Shown here one piece after another: positions 1-9,498 of a DNA stretch of 64,000 nt; within the stretch, counting starts at the first letter, position 1; every line of letters starts with the position of its first letter. Where the stretch lies: assembly GCA_037441775.1 (NCBI GenBank), contig JBBIRO010000007.1, positions 46,197 to 110,196 of the forward strand. The letters run 5' to 3'. The DNA is from Syntrophobacterales bacterium. GTDB taxonomy: Bacteria > Desulfobacterota > Syntrophia > Syntrophales > CAMTWB01. Under the pieces are notes generated by a model that ran no database searches, had not been told where the DNA came from, and saw nothing but the letters and a program-made list of their open reading frames with translations. The position numbers and the translations under genes were made by a program.

Positions 1-500
1 TCTTCGATATCGAAATTGATCGCATCGAAGTGCTCATCCATCCTCAAAGCATCGTCCATTCCCTGGTTGAATTTAACGATGGGGCGATAATGGCGCAGCT
101 TGGCGTGCCGGATATGAAGATTCCAATTGCCTACGCCCTGTCCTACCCGAAACGACTTAGAGAGGCCGGAGCGGCGCTTAATGCTGCCGATTTGGCGCGG
201 CTGGATTTTTCCCAACCCGATCTTAAGCGGTTTCCCAATCTGGCCTTGGCCTATCACGCCGGGAGGGCCGGCGGCACCATGCCGGCTGTTTTAAATGCGG
301 TAAACGAGGTTGCCGTGCAGGAATTTCTGGCCGGCCGGATCGGCTTTATGGATATTCCCGCGATCATTGAATCGGCGCTTGCCAGCCATAATTCCTTTGC
401 CCCAACGACAATTCATGAGATAATCGCGGCTGACAACTGGGGTCGCGTGAAGGCGGCAGAACTGGTGGAGAAGTATAAAAAAGGAGGTAACATCATTTGA
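1..500 (+). CDS. dxr: 1-deoxy-D-xylulose 5-phosphate reductoisomerase, C-terminal part (5' end outside window)
   Basis: Frame is open from the window edge to TGA at 498-500. The translation (HPQSIVHSLVEFNDGAIMAQLGVPDMKIPIAYALSYPKRL...) matches the conserved Dxr C-terminal domain. dxr-rseP adjacency is typical. Confidence 0.9.
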   Translation, partial: FDIEIDRIEVLIHPQSIVHSLVEFNDGAIMAQLGVPDMKIPIAYALSYPKRLREAGAALNAADLARLDFSQPDLKRFPNLALAYHAGRAGGTMPAVLNAVNEVAVQEFLAGRIGFMDIPAIIESALASHNSFAPTTIHEIIAADNWGRVKAAELVEKYKKGGNII

Positions 501-1570
501 TTGGCTTGAGCATTGTCTCATTGATAATTTTGCTCGGGATATTGATCTTTATCCACGAATTGGGACATTTTTTGGCCGCTAAAAGGGCGGGAGTTGGGGT
601 GTTGAAATTTTCCCTGGGTTTCGGGCCTAAGTTGATCGGCAAAAAAGTAGGCGAGACCGAATATCAGCTTTCCCTTATCCCCTTAGGCGGCTATGTAAAA
701 CTCCTCGGTGAATCGGAAGATGGGGAACTGTCGGCGGCCGACGAGAAAAGGTCCTTTCAGAATCAGTCGGTTTACCGCCGGTTCGGCATCGTGGCGGCCG
801 GACCGGTTTTCAATCTGCTCTTGGCGATTTTCATTTTCGCGCTGGTCAACATGATCGGCATCCCCCAGCTTACCTCCCGGATAGGCGGCCTTTCCGAAGG
901 CGCTCCCGCCCAGTTGGCCGGCCTTAAGGAGAATGATCTGGTTGAGGCAATCGATGGAGCGCGTCTATCCCGCTGGGACAAATTGGCGGAGAAGATCAGC
1001 AAAAGCGATGGGAGAGCATTGCGGCTGACCGTCAGGAGGGGAGATGAAATCAAAGAGATTACGGTTACCCCGCAGGCGGAAAAGGCCAAAAGCCTCTTCG
1101 GCGAGGAGATAACTGTTTACCGGATCGGGATCAAACCCTCTCGCCAGACCGTTACGGAACGGATGAACCCCTTGGCGGCGACCATGCAGGCGACTATTCA
1201 GACCTGGAATATTGCCAAACTGACCGTCCTTAGCGTGGTAAAAATGGTTCAGGGCGTTTTATCGCCGAAAAATCTGGGAGGTCCCATCCTCATCGCCCAG
1301 ATGGCTGGCAGTCAGGTGAAGGAGGGGATCATTCCCTTCATTCTTTTTATGGCCCTGCTCAGTATTAATCTGGCCATTCTCAACCTCTTGCCGATACCTG
1401 TCCTGGACGGCGGCCATTTGCTGTTTTTCCTGATCGAGATGATCCGGGGGAAAGAGGTAAGCGTGAAGTGGCGGGAGCGGGCGCAACAGGTGGGGCTCGC
1501 GCTGATTATCATGCTGATGGCTTTTGTTCTCTTTCTCGACATTGAACGGCTTGGTCTGGACTTTTTTTAA
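497..1570 (+). CDS. rseP: RIP site-2 zinc metalloprotease RseP (peptidase M50) with PDZ domain
   Basis: TTG start overlaps the dxr stop, with AAGGAGG at 481-487. HELGH zinc motif near the N-terminus, multiple TM helices, central PDZ-like segment, and C-terminal NLLPIPVLDGG motif. Confidence 0.9.
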   Translation: MIGLSIVSLIILLGILIFIHELGHFLAAKRAGVGVLKFSLGFGPKLIGKKVGETEYQLSLIPLGGYVKLLGESEDGELSAADEKRSFQNQSVYRRFGIVAAGPVFNLLLAIFIFALVNMIGIPQLTSRIGGLSEGAPAQLAGLKENDLVEAIDGARLSRWDKLAEKISKSDGRALRLTVRRGDEIKEITVTPQAEKAKSLFGEEITVYRIGIKPSRQTVTERMNPLAATMQATIQTWNIAKLTVLSVVKMVQGVLSPKNLGGPILIAQMAGSQVKEGIIPFILFMALLSINLAILNLLPIPVLDGGHLLFFLIEMIRGKEVSVKWRERAQQVGLALIIMLMAFVLFLDIERLGLDFF

Positions 1571-1589
1571 GTGAGAAGCCGGCGGTAAA

Positions 1590-2249
1590 ATGCTTATTTT
1601 GGCCTTTGATACTTCAACCCGCACAATTTCCGTTGCTCTTCTGGAAGATGAGAGCCCCCTGGCGGAGTTGACGCTGTCCGTTGACCGCCATCACAGCGAG
1701 ACGCTGTTGACCGCCATCAACAGTCTTCTGAGCATGTCTAACAAAAAAATTAGCCAACTGGAATTACTTTCCTGCACCATTGGCCCGGGTTCCTTCACCG
1801 GGCTTCGCATCGGTGTCGCTACGGCTAAAGGTTTTGCCTTTGCCCGCGATATTCCCGTCGCCGGGGTGTCAACTCTGGAGGCCCTGGCCTGCAATCAGCT
1901 CTCAAGCGGCATGTTCGTCTGCCCGCTGCTGGATGCCAAAAAGAACCAGGTCTATTGCGCTCTCTACAATGTTTCCGCCGCAAGCTCGCCCGAAGTTGTC
2001 ATTTCAGACCGATTGCTGGATATTGCCGAAATTATGGCTGAAATAAATGCTCCAACTACATTCATCGGCGAGGGCGCCGTCAAATACCGGGCGCTTTTAA
2101 AGCAAACACTGGCCGGGAAAGCCATGTTCCCGGCGCCGCATAGCAATCGGCTAATGGCAGCGGCGGTTGGCATTCTGGGTTTCAGAAGGTATCAGGAAGG
2201 AAAAGCATGTAACGCCGGCACATTAAAGCCGATCTATATCCGGCCTTAA
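1590..2249 (+). CDS. tsaB: tRNA threonylcarbamoyladenosine (t6A) biosynthesis protein TsaB (YeaZ)
   Basis: N-terminus MLILAFDTSTRTISVALL and GPGSFTGLRIG motif are typical of TsaB/YeaZ. Size of about 219 aa fits. Confidence 0.85.
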   Translation: MLILAFDTSTRTISVALLEDESPLAELTLSVDRHHSETLLTAINSLLSMSNKKISQLELLSCTIGPGSFTGLRIGVATAKGFAFARDIPVAGVSTLEALACNQLSSGMFVCPLLDAKKNQVYCALYNVSAASSPEVVISDRLLDIAEIMAEINAPTTFIGEGAVKYRALLKQTLAGKAMFPAPHSNRLMAAAVGILGFRRYQEGKACNAGTLKPIYIRP

Positions 2250-2609
2250 TGTATCGACGTAGTGGGACCGTAAACCGCGGTCAGGTCGGCCGCCGATGGT
2301 CTTTTTAAACTCCTCGATGGAGGCGACATCGTGGCGATACTGGAAGGGCCACATGCTCTTGAGATGGAAAAGAGCAACCCGGTCACCTTCGTTAAGGGTA
2401 TGGTCCAGGTCGGGCTGTATTCCGGGCATGGCGCTTAAGTTACCGTTGATAAAGGTTATTCCCCGTTCCTCCGTGGGCAGCCTGAGCCGGGCGAGGAGAT
2501 CGCGCAGGGCGCTTCCCGCAGGCATTTCTAGTTGCGGATTGGCAAAAATATTGTCGTTGCTCCCGCCGTAACGGGCCAGTGGACCATAAAGCCAGACGTC
2601 AATCAGCAT
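2223..2609 (-). CDS. atypical MoaD/ThiS-like beta-grasp protein with C-terminal extension (no terminal Gly-Gly)
   Basis: ATG at 2609 is preceded by GGGAG; the track ORF starts at an upstream TTG at 2624. The N-terminal ~90 aa (MLIDVWLYGPLARYGG...LNEGDRVALF) follow the MoaD/ThiS pattern. They are followed by about 40 extra residues containing an internal GG (KTIGGRPD). Confidence 0.45.
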   Translation of the reverse strand: MLIDVWLYGPLARYGGSNDNIFANPQLEMPAGSALRDLLARLRLPTEERGITFINGNLSAMPGIQPDLDHTLNEGDRVALFHLKSMWPFQYRHDVASIEEFKKTIGGRPDRGLRSHYVDTLRPDIDRL

Positions 2610-2794
2610 AATGCTTGCTCCCAATCATAACCTGTCCCAGAAGCCAAAAGCCATACTGGGAAGCAGGCCCACCTTAAGGATTTTTGAGGCTCAATGGCAT
2701 GGCAAAAGGCAGGAGCAGTTTGTTTTACCGGGCGATAACTGACGCTATTTTAAATTCTTGCTCCGGTCTTCTAAACAGCCAAGATAATTGGCGA

Positions 2795-3037
2795 CTAACC
2801 GCCTCCGACCGGGGGGAAAACACCCACCTCATCGTTTTCGCTTAGTGCAAACGACAGTTCTCGTGAACGACCGTTGACGAACACCACCTTGGCCCTGGGC
2901 GCTGGGATTCCTAATCTGACAAGAAGGTCATTAATCGTACTGGCCGGGGCGATTTCAATTTCCTGGTTCTTGCCGGCGGTCTTATCCCCCGGCGCGAATT
3001 CCCTTAGATCAGCGAATAGCTTGACCGTAATTTTCAT
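2795..3037 (-). CDS. MoaD/ThiS family sulfur-carrier-like protein (ends in Gly-Gly)
   Basis: MKITVKLFADLREF...DEVGVFPPVGGG is a classic beta-grasp sulfur carrier with a C-terminal GG. The ATG at 3035-3037 is preferred over the longer track ORF, whose extension runs through an intergenic hairpin. Lies downstream of AOR. Confidence 0.75.
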   Translation of the reverse strand: MKITVKLFADLREFAPGDKTAGKNQEIEIAPASTINDLLVRLGIPAPRAKVVFVNGRSRELSFALSENDEVGVFPPVGGG

Positions 3038-3068
3038 CGTGACATTTATCCCCGCAAAAGCGGGCGGC

Positions 3069-3116
3069 GAAACCGATGCCGCCCATCCGGAGTGGCTTCT
3101 GGGTGGCATCGGTTTC
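3069..3116 (-). other. intercistronic stem-loop (perfect 12-bp arms, 24-nt loop) between AOR and the MoaD-like gene
   Basis: GAAACCGATGCC (3069-3080) is the exact reverse complement of GGCATCGGTTTC (3105-3116). A second small hairpin, CCCGC-AAAA-GCGGG, lies at about 3050-3063 (plus-strand reading). Confidence 0.6.
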
Positions 3117-3164
3117 TAATTGTTTTTATCACCTCGACGGGAGGCTAAAACCGCTAAAATACGC

Positions 3165-4925
3165 TCAGAGGGCTCCATAAACCGAGTCAAAAACCTCGTC
3201 CGGCAAGTCGCTTACAACATTGTGGGGCGGAAGTTTTTCGTATTTCATAAACTCCGGCAGGCGGTCATCCGCCTTGGTAAGGCCGGCCGCCTCATTGAAA
3301 GCCCGTTCCCGGCGTAAAACGGCCGCGCCCGTGCCCACGGCTTCGTCGGCAGACATGGCCGTTCCCAAAAGACCATTCAGCTCGTCGAGCAGGCCCTCAA
3401 ATCCGCTGGGAATATCCAAAATGGCAAAGGCTATGAAGAGGCAATGACCGGAAGAATCGATCAGGGCAGTGGTGCTCTGGAAAGCCCGGCTCAAGTCGGC
3501 CTTGCCTTTTTCGGCCATCAGCGGGTCTGATGTGCCGCCAACACTCAATATTTCCGGTGCAATAGTATAGCCCGCGGTGTGATCGGCGCCCATCGTAGAG
3601 GTGGCATAGGTTACGCCGATACCCTTTACTGCTCGCGGCTCATATGCCGGCATGGCCTGGCCCTTCACGGTCGGTGTTCGGGGATTGCCATAAAGTTTAG
3701 CGGTCATCGCCGCGCCACCGCCCAGGATGCGGCCGATGGGGCTGCCTTTTCCCATCTCGTTGAGCAGCTTTATCGCGCCCTTTTTATCGCCGAAGGGGAG
3801 AACCCCGGAGTCCATTGCCACTCCAATGGTCACGCCCGCTTCGATGGTATCCAGGCCATAGGCGTTGCAAAGCTTAACCATTTTAGCGATAGCGTCCAGG
3901 TCGTCGATGCCGCAGTCGGCTCCAAAGGCCCAGCCGGACTCATACTCAACGCAGGAGGCGATTTCATTGCCGTCCTTGCCGTAGAGGGTGTTGGAGCACT
4001 GGATAACACAGCCGGGGCTGCAGGCGTGGTTGTATATTTCCTTGCCCATCCTTTTTTTGTTGGTTTCGAAAATTGCCTCGCCGGAAATCCTGGCGGCGCC
4101 TTCGAAGCGTCCGCTGCGGAAGTTGCGGGTGGGGAATCCGCCTGCCTCATTCAAGATATTAACCAAAATCGCCGTGCCGTAACTGTTGAGCCCCCCCTGG
4201 GGTTTGGTGATAGCGTGCTCTTTTAACGCATCACGCATCTTCTTGGCGCCCGCCTTGAAGAGTTCTTCATTTGCAATTGTAACGCCGGGGCTCCCTGTGG
4301 CGTCCACCAGCAAAAATTTCAGTCTCTTGCTGCCCATCACAGCACCCAGACCACCTCGACCGGCGTAGCGGGTGGGCTGTTTTTTCATGTCGTTGAAGGC
4401 AATGCCGGAATCGGCGTATCCGAACTCCCCGGCTGTGCCAATACCGGCGACCTGGACTTTCTTGCCGAAGCGGCTGAAAACTTTAGGATATACCGAATAG
4501 AGATCCTCTCCGGTGTATTCATCGGCGGCATGGAATTTAACCTTGGGTTTGTCGCCGTCCCAGGTGACGAGGGCGAGCCAGTATTTGTCCTTTTCCGCCG
4601 GCATCCCCTCGACCACCAGCGCCTTAATCCGCATCTTTGCCAGGTCCGGAGCCATCCCGGTGCCCGCGTTCGCCTCTTTGATCCCTCCCGTCAGCGGTGA
4701 TTTTCCTCCCACGGACAGACGAGCTGAAGAGGGAGCGCTGGTTCCGGTCAGGATGCCGGGGGCAAAAACCAGTTTATTGCTTGGTCCCAGAGGGTGGCAC
4801 TGGGGATCAACCTCGTCGGAAACGAGACTAGAGGTCAAGCCGCGGCCGCCTAGTTGCTTGTAGCGCTTCGGAACCTCTTCCAGCCGGTAGGTTCGATCAG
4901 TCATATTCAATCGCACAATCCACAT
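3165..4925 (-). CDS. aor: tungsten-containing aldehyde:ferredoxin oxidoreductase family protein
   Basis: 586 aa. AAGGAGG lies 5 nt upstream of the ATG at 4925. N-terminus IVRLNMTDRTYRLEEV...LGGRGL and full-length motifs (KSPLTGG, GRGGLGAVMGSK, CxxC-containing centre) match the AOR family. Confidence 0.9.
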   Translation of the reverse strand: MWIVRLNMTDRTYRLEEVPKRYKQLGGRGLTSSLVSDEVDPQCHPLGPSNKLVFAPGILTGTSAPSSARLSVGGKSPLTGGIKEANAGTGMAPDLAKMRIKALVVEGMPAEKDKYWLALVTWDGDKPKVKFHAADEYTGEDLYSVYPKVFSRFGKKVQVAGIGTAGEFGYADSGIAFNDMKKQPTRYAGRGGLGAVMGSKRLKFLLVDATGSPGVTIANEELFKAGAKKMRDALKEHAITKPQGGLNSYGTAILVNILNEAGGFPTRNFRSGRFEGAARISGEAIFETNKKRMGKEIYNHACSPGCVIQCSNTLYGKDGNEIASCVEYESGWAFGADCGIDDLDAIAKMVKLCNAYGLDTIEAGVTIGVAMDSGVLPFGDKKGAIKLLNEMGKGSPIGRILGGGAAMTAKLYGNPRTPTVKGQAMPAYEPRAVKGIGVTYATSTMGADHTAGYTIAPEILSVGGTSDPLMAEKGKADLSRAFQSTTALIDSSGHCLFIAFAILDIPSGFEGLLDELNGLLGTAMSADEAVGTGAAVLRRERAFNEAAGLTKADDRLPEFMKYEKLPPHNVVSDLPDEVFDSVYGAL

Positions 4926-5112
4926 ATTAACCTCCTTAAAATAAAGATTTTGTGGGCCCGGGCACGTCAGCCGGTACCTGGGAGGGCGGACCCTAACCTT
5001 AGCTGAACGGGTCTTGACAGTGGGTTTGAATGTTGGAGCATGACCGGCTTAAATTTGAACAGATGTTAACACTAGTATCAAACGCTTAGCCTGTCAACAA
5101 GAAAAGGAATGA

Positions 5113-6021
5113 TCAAAAACCTGCCGCAGGTGATTCGCTCTTGGAAATATCACGGTGACTTACCTGAAAGGAGTAGTCAGACGAAGACAGCTTGGCACCC
5201 AGAGCGTTTGCCATGACAACCGATCGGTGCTTGCCGCCCGTGCAGCCGAATGCGATGCTGAGCCTTGTTTTGCCTTCACGTTCATAGAGGGGCAACAGAA
5301 AGTCCAATAACTCTGATATTTTTTCCCGGAATTGTTCCGCGTCAGTTGTGGTCAGGACATAGTCTCTTACCCGGGGGTCGTTGCCGTCTAGTAACTTAAG
5401 CTTTTCCACAAAGTAGGGATTGGACAAAAAACGGACATCGAGAATAATATCCGCATCTACCGGGACGCCATAGCGAAACCCGAAGGACAGCAGATGGACA
5501 AAAAGCAGTTTGGTTTTTATCTGATTGGCAAGGAATATCCGCTGAATTGTTGCCTTTGTTTGATGAACGTTAAAGGAAGTGGTATCGATGATCTTGGTTG
5601 CCATCGCCTTAAGGGGGGCCATCTTCGCCCGCTCCAAGGCGATGCTCTCCAAGATAGAACCGTGAAACGAAAGTGGATGGGCCCGTCTGGTTTCGCTGTA
5701 ACGTTGCAGCAGCACGTAATCGCCGGAATCCATGTAAATTATTTCAATGTTGTATCCCTTCTTTTTCAGATACCGAAAAACTCTTTCGTATTTTTCGAGA
5801 AATTCCTCCTCGCGGATGTCCATGACCAGGGCCACCCTGGTTGGCTGGACTTGTCCCCCAGCCTTAATCTTAAGAACCTGCGGCAAGAGAGCCACCGGCA
5901 GATTATCAATACAGAAAAAACCGATGTCTTCCAGCGCCCTTAAGGCCGATGTCTTTCCCGAGCCGGACATTCCGGTTATGATCACTACCTGGTTTATCTT
6001 ATCTCTATTGATGTCCGGCAT
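5113..6021 (-). CDS. rapZ: RNase adapter / nucleotide-binding protein RapZ (YhbJ)
   Basis: Walker A motif GMSGSGKTSALRALEDIGFFCIDNLP and C-terminal CTGGKHRSV motif. Sits in the conserved rpoN-hpf-ptsN-rapZ cluster. Confidence 0.9.
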   Translation of the reverse strand: MPDINRDKINQVVIITGMSGSGKTSALRALEDIGFFCIDNLPVALLPQVLKIKAGGQVQPTRVALVMDIREEEFLEKYERVFRYLKKKGYNIEIIYMDSGDYVLLQRYSETRRAHPLSFHGSILESIALERAKMAPLKAMATKIIDTTSFNVHQTKATIQRIFLANQIKTKLLFVHLLSFGFRYGVPVDADIILDVRFLSNPYFVEKLKLLDGNDPRVRDYVLTTTDAEQFREKISELLDFLLPLYEREGKTRLSIAFGCTGGKHRSVVMANALGAKLSSSDYSFQVSHRDISKSESPAAGF

Positions 6022-6063
6022 AGCAGTCTGCGCTGCAAATCATCGTTCGAGGAGTGAAAATCA

Positions 6064-6525
6064 TCATAATTCTTCATCTTTTTTAGCGATGATTGAAAAT
6101 ATCTCATCAATGCTCGCTGCCGCCAAGAGCCGTCCGCGGAAAGAGACGTCCTTGAGCATCCGCGATATCTTGGCCAGCGCCTTTAAATGCAGTCCCGCCG
6201 AATTTTCCGGGGCCATAAGCAGAAAGAAGAGATTTACCGGTTTTCCATCCATGGCATTGAAATCAATACCCGAGATGGACCGGCCAAATGACAGGATCAA
6301 ATTGTTCAAACCAACGATTTTCCCGTGTGGTATGGCAATCCCATCGCCAATACCGGTACTGCCCAGTTTTTCTCTCTCCAGAAGCACATTCACAACATCG
6401 TCATAATCACGAGAGAAATAATCAGCCGGAAAGACCCGGGCGAGCTCCATCAGGACTTCCCGTTTCGTGTTGGATGTCAATTCCGGCACAATGAAGTTCC
6501 TGTCAATCAGATCAGCTATTTTCAT
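6064..6525 (-). CDS. ptsN: PTS IIA-like nitrogen regulatory protein PtsN (EIIA-Ntr)
   Basis: 153 aa with the GIAIPHG phosphorylation-site motif. Positioned between hpf and rapZ. Confidence 0.85.
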   Translation of the reverse strand: MKIADLIDRNFIVPELTSNTKREVLMELARVFPADYFSRDYDDVVNVLLEREKLGSTGIGDGIAIPHGKIVGLNNLILSFGRSISGIDFNAMDGKPVNLFFLLMAPENSAGLHLKALAKISRMLKDVSFRGRLLAAASIDEIFSIIAKKDEEL

Positions 6526-6546
6526 TGCCCCTCCCCCTCACCGGTT

Positions 6547-7086
6547 TTAGCCATTTGTTTCCAAGAGGGCGTAGTTGCCGTCATTGAGCCGATAGAGCAC
6601 ACATATCCGGCCATTTGAGGCGTCGCGATAGACCACGAAGCCGCTGTCTTGAGTCTCCATCTCGAGGACCGCATCTTCCGGAGATAGGTGCCTGAGAACT
6701 ACCTTCCGGAACTCCGCAATTCTGGCCGTAGTTGAAACCTCTGTCTGATTGAGCGCGGCATCTGGGGCCGGCGGCTCCCCTGAGGCTCTATTTACCGTCT
6801 TGTGTTCCCGGATCTTTTCCCGATGTTTCTTGAGTTGCCTTTCAACTTTTTCAATGGCGTTATCAATGGCCAGGCTCATCTCCTTGGCCTCTTCCTTGCT
6901 GTTGATATTAAGACCGTTCGCCAGAAAGTTTATCTCCGCCACCTGCCGGAACTTTTCCACGGCAAGGACCACATGGGCTTCGCAGGGACCATCAATATAT
7001 TTCCTAAGTTTTGTAATCTTGTCTTCAATAAATTCTCTTTGCCATTTATCCACCTCAGAATTTCTGAACGTAATGGATATATTCAC
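6547..7086 (-). CDS. hpf: ribosome hibernation promoting factor (long HPF)
   Basis: MNISITFRN... sigma-54 modulation/S30EA domain plus a C-terminal dimerisation extension. Lies directly downstream of rpoN. Confidence 0.9.
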   Translation of the reverse strand: MNISITFRNSEVDKWQREFIEDKITKLRKYIDGPCEAHVVLAVEKFRQVAEINFLANGLNINSKEEAKEMSLAIDNAIEKVERQLKKHREKIREHKTVNRASGEPPAPDAALNQTEVSTTARIAEFRKVVLRHLSPEDAVLEMETQDSGFVVYRDASNGRICVLYRLNDGNYALLETNG

Positions 7087-7231
7087 TAAAATGTCCTCCT
7101 TTCGATCCCCGGAACCGCGAAAATCGTCTCTGGTCCGGGTGGTGTTTTAAATAAACTGCGGGCTACCTATTTTAATGGCAGCGGGAAGTCAATCCTTTTA
7201 TGCGCTAACCCAAGTCCGTCAATTAAGGGAG

Positions 7232-8692
7232 TCAGACAAACCCCTTTCTTTTGGAAGCGGGTAGAATTTTCATCATCTCTCGATATTTAGCGACTGTTCT
7301 TCTTGCTATTGTTATATTCGAAGCTTTCAAAATTTCGACGATTTCGTCATCGCGATGGGGTCTTTTCGGGTCTTCGGCGGCGATGATATTCCTGATATTT
7401 TCCTTGACGCTACGAGAAGAGACGGAATCGCCTTTAGTGGTTTTAATGCTGCTGCCGAAGAAAAACTTCAGTTCAAATATCCCTTCCGGCGTCTGCATAT
7501 ACTTATTGGTTACCACTCTGCTGATAGTAGATTCGTGCATCTCTACGTCATCGGCCACCTCCCTGAGGACCAGCGGCTTGAGATAATTGATTCCCCGTTC
7601 AAAAAAGTCCCTTTGCAGCCGGACAATGCTCTCCGCTACCCGGCAAATTGTCCGCTGCCTCTGCAGCAGGCTCTTGAGGAACCAGGATGCCGCCTGCAAG
7701 TTTTCCCTGATGAAATTCTTGTCTCTGTCGGAGCCGACCGTCCTGCGGCGTACATCGATGATGTTCCGGTAATGATTGTTGATCCGGAGATGGGGCAGAT
7801 TATCATCATTTAAAAGCACCCGGTACTCGCTTCCGACTTTTACAACATACACATCAGGCACAATCGTTTCCAGTCGCTCTTCAGTGTAGATACTCCCGGG
7901 TTTGGGATCCATGTTCTTGATCAACGCAATTGCCTGCAGCGTATCATCCAGGGTAAGAGAAAGCTTTCGGGCAATAAGCGAGTAGTTTTTCAATTCCAGA
8001 TTTTTCAGGTGTTCTTTAATAATCGTCTGCACAATAGGCGTTGATGCTCCCAATGCTTCCGCCTGAATCAAAAGGCATTCCTGCAGGCTTCGTGCGGCGA
8101 CGCCGGGCGGGTCGAAATGCTGGACCTTCTTAAGCACCTCTTCCACAAGGACCGTATCCTGCCCAAGAAGGTCGGCAATTGTTTCCAGACTCTCTCTTAA
8201 ATAACCATCGCTGTCGAGATTTCCAATTATCAACTCGGCGATTTGTATCTCTGCCACGGTAAAACGTGACAACCGTAACTGCCAGAGAAGGTGATCCGTG
8301 AGCGATGGCCTCAGGGATATCATGCTATCCCAGGCCGGAGTTTCCCCGGTATCACGTCTTTCATAGGAGCCGCCGCCGGCTATCCGGTCCTCGAAATAAT
8401 TCTGCCAGTCAAAATCCTCCCGGCCATCGCCCTCACCAGTGATTTCCTGCGTCCGCTGTAGGGCGGCCTCAGTCTCCCGGGAACTCTCTTCACCATCCCG
8501 AAGCTCATCCGCTGTGCGTTCCTCCTCATTGGGCGGTACTTCCTCGAGCAGGGGGTTTGATTCTATAACCTGGTTGATGGAATCCACCAGCTCCAGACGG
8601 GATAGCTGCAGGAGCTTGATCGCCTGCTGAAGTTGGGGCGTCATTATCAGTTGCTGGGTAAGTTTTAAGTTTTGTCTTAATTCAAAGGCCAT
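7232..8692 (-). CDS. rpoN: RNA polymerase sigma-54 factor
   Basis: 486 aa. N-terminal Gln/Leu-rich region (LKLTQQLIMTPQLQQAIKLLQLSRLEL) and C-terminal RpoN box (ARRTVAKYR). Confidence 0.95.
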   Translation of the reverse strand: MAFELRQNLKLTQQLIMTPQLQQAIKLLQLSRLELVDSINQVIESNPLLEEVPPNEEERTADELRDGEESSRETEAALQRTQEITGEGDGREDFDWQNYFEDRIAGGGSYERRDTGETPAWDSMISLRPSLTDHLLWQLRLSRFTVAEIQIAELIIGNLDSDGYLRESLETIADLLGQDTVLVEEVLKKVQHFDPPGVAARSLQECLLIQAEALGASTPIVQTIIKEHLKNLELKNYSLIARKLSLTLDDTLQAIALIKNMDPKPGSIYTEERLETIVPDVYVVKVGSEYRVLLNDDNLPHLRINNHYRNIIDVRRRTVGSDRDKNFIRENLQAASWFLKSLLQRQRTICRVAESIVRLQRDFFERGINYLKPLVLREVADDVEMHESTISRVVTNKYMQTPEGIFELKFFFGSSIKTTKGDSVSSRSVKENIRNIIAAEDPKRPHRDDEIVEILKASNITIARRTVAKYREMMKILPASKRKGFV

Positions 8693-8758
8693 ATTAAATA
8701 ATCTGCCAAGCGGCCGAAGCAGTCAGTTTTGATCAAGTTATATTCCTTTGCAACACCG

Positions 8759-9481
8759 TCAAAAAATGAAGTCATCTCCGAAATAAAATTTCCTTGCGAG
8801 ATCACAGTTAATGATCCGTTCCCTGTCCCCCTCAACCAGAATGGCGCCTTTATTTAGTATATATGCCCGGTTACAGGTGGACAGGGTCTCTCTGACATTA
8901 TGATCGGAGATAATAACCCCGATCCCTTTGGATTGCAATTTTTCAATTATTCTCCTGATATCAGCCACCGCCAGGGGATCAATTCCGGCAAAAGGCTCAT
9001 CGAGAAGAATGAACCGGGGCTCGGTAACCAGGGCTCGAGTAATTTCCAGCCGCCTTCTTTCGCCGCCGGAGAGAGAGTAGGCGTAATTAGATCTGAGATT
9101 TGTCAGATCAAGCTCGCCCAAAAGTTCAGCCAGTCTCTCCTGCCGCCTTTCCTCTGCCGACTCAACCATCTCCAAAATGGCCATGATATTGTCTTCCACT
9201 GTAAGTTTGCGGAAAACAGACGGCTCCTGCGGCAGGTAATTCATGCCCCTCCTGGCTCGCAGGTACATGGGCAGACGGCTGATATCCTCCTGATCGAGGA
9301 TTATTTTCCCGCTGTCCGGTTTCACCAGTCCCACGATGAGATAAAAAGTAGTGGTCTTTCCCGCCCCGTTGGGGCCCAGAAGGCCTACCACCTCGCCGGG
9401 ATTTATTTCGAGATCGACTGAGTCAACTACCTTCCGGCCAGAGTAGGTCTTGGTCAATCCTTCCGCCCTGAGTGTGCCCAT
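8759..9481 (-). CDS. lptB: LPS export ABC transporter ATP-binding protein LptB
   Basis: Walker A GPNGAGKTTTF, signature LSGGERRR, Walker B ILLDEP. The ATG at 9481 aligns with the canonical LptB N-terminus; a GTG at 9499 is an alternative. Confidence 0.95.
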   Translation of the reverse strand: MGTLRAEGLTKTYSGRKVVDSVDLEINPGEVVGLLGPNGAGKTTTFYLIVGLVKPDSGKIILDQEDISRLPMYLRARRGMNYLPQEPSVFRKLTVEDNIMAILEMVESAEERRQERLAELLGELDLTNLRSNYAYSLSGGERRRLEITRALVTEPRFILLDEPFAGIDPLAVADIRRIIEKLQSKGIGVIISDHNVRETLSTCNRAYILNKGAILVEGDRERIINCDLARKFYFGDDFIF

Positions 9482-9498
9482 GGGGCTTACTGCTCCCA

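Noticed and set aside
3038-3109. N-terminal extension of the MoaD-like ORF (track ORF 2795-3109).
   Set aside because: The extension (MPPRSHSGWAASVSPPAFAGINVT) runs through the intergenic hairpin and has no MoaD similarity. The family begins at MKITVKLF (ATG 3037).
4926-5112. Sigma-54 promoter upstream of the first AOR.
   Set aside because: No GG-N10-GC element matching TGGCAC-N5-TTGC was found on the minus strand. Only a weak TTGACA-like hexamer right after the rapZ stop is present, without a convincing -10 box.
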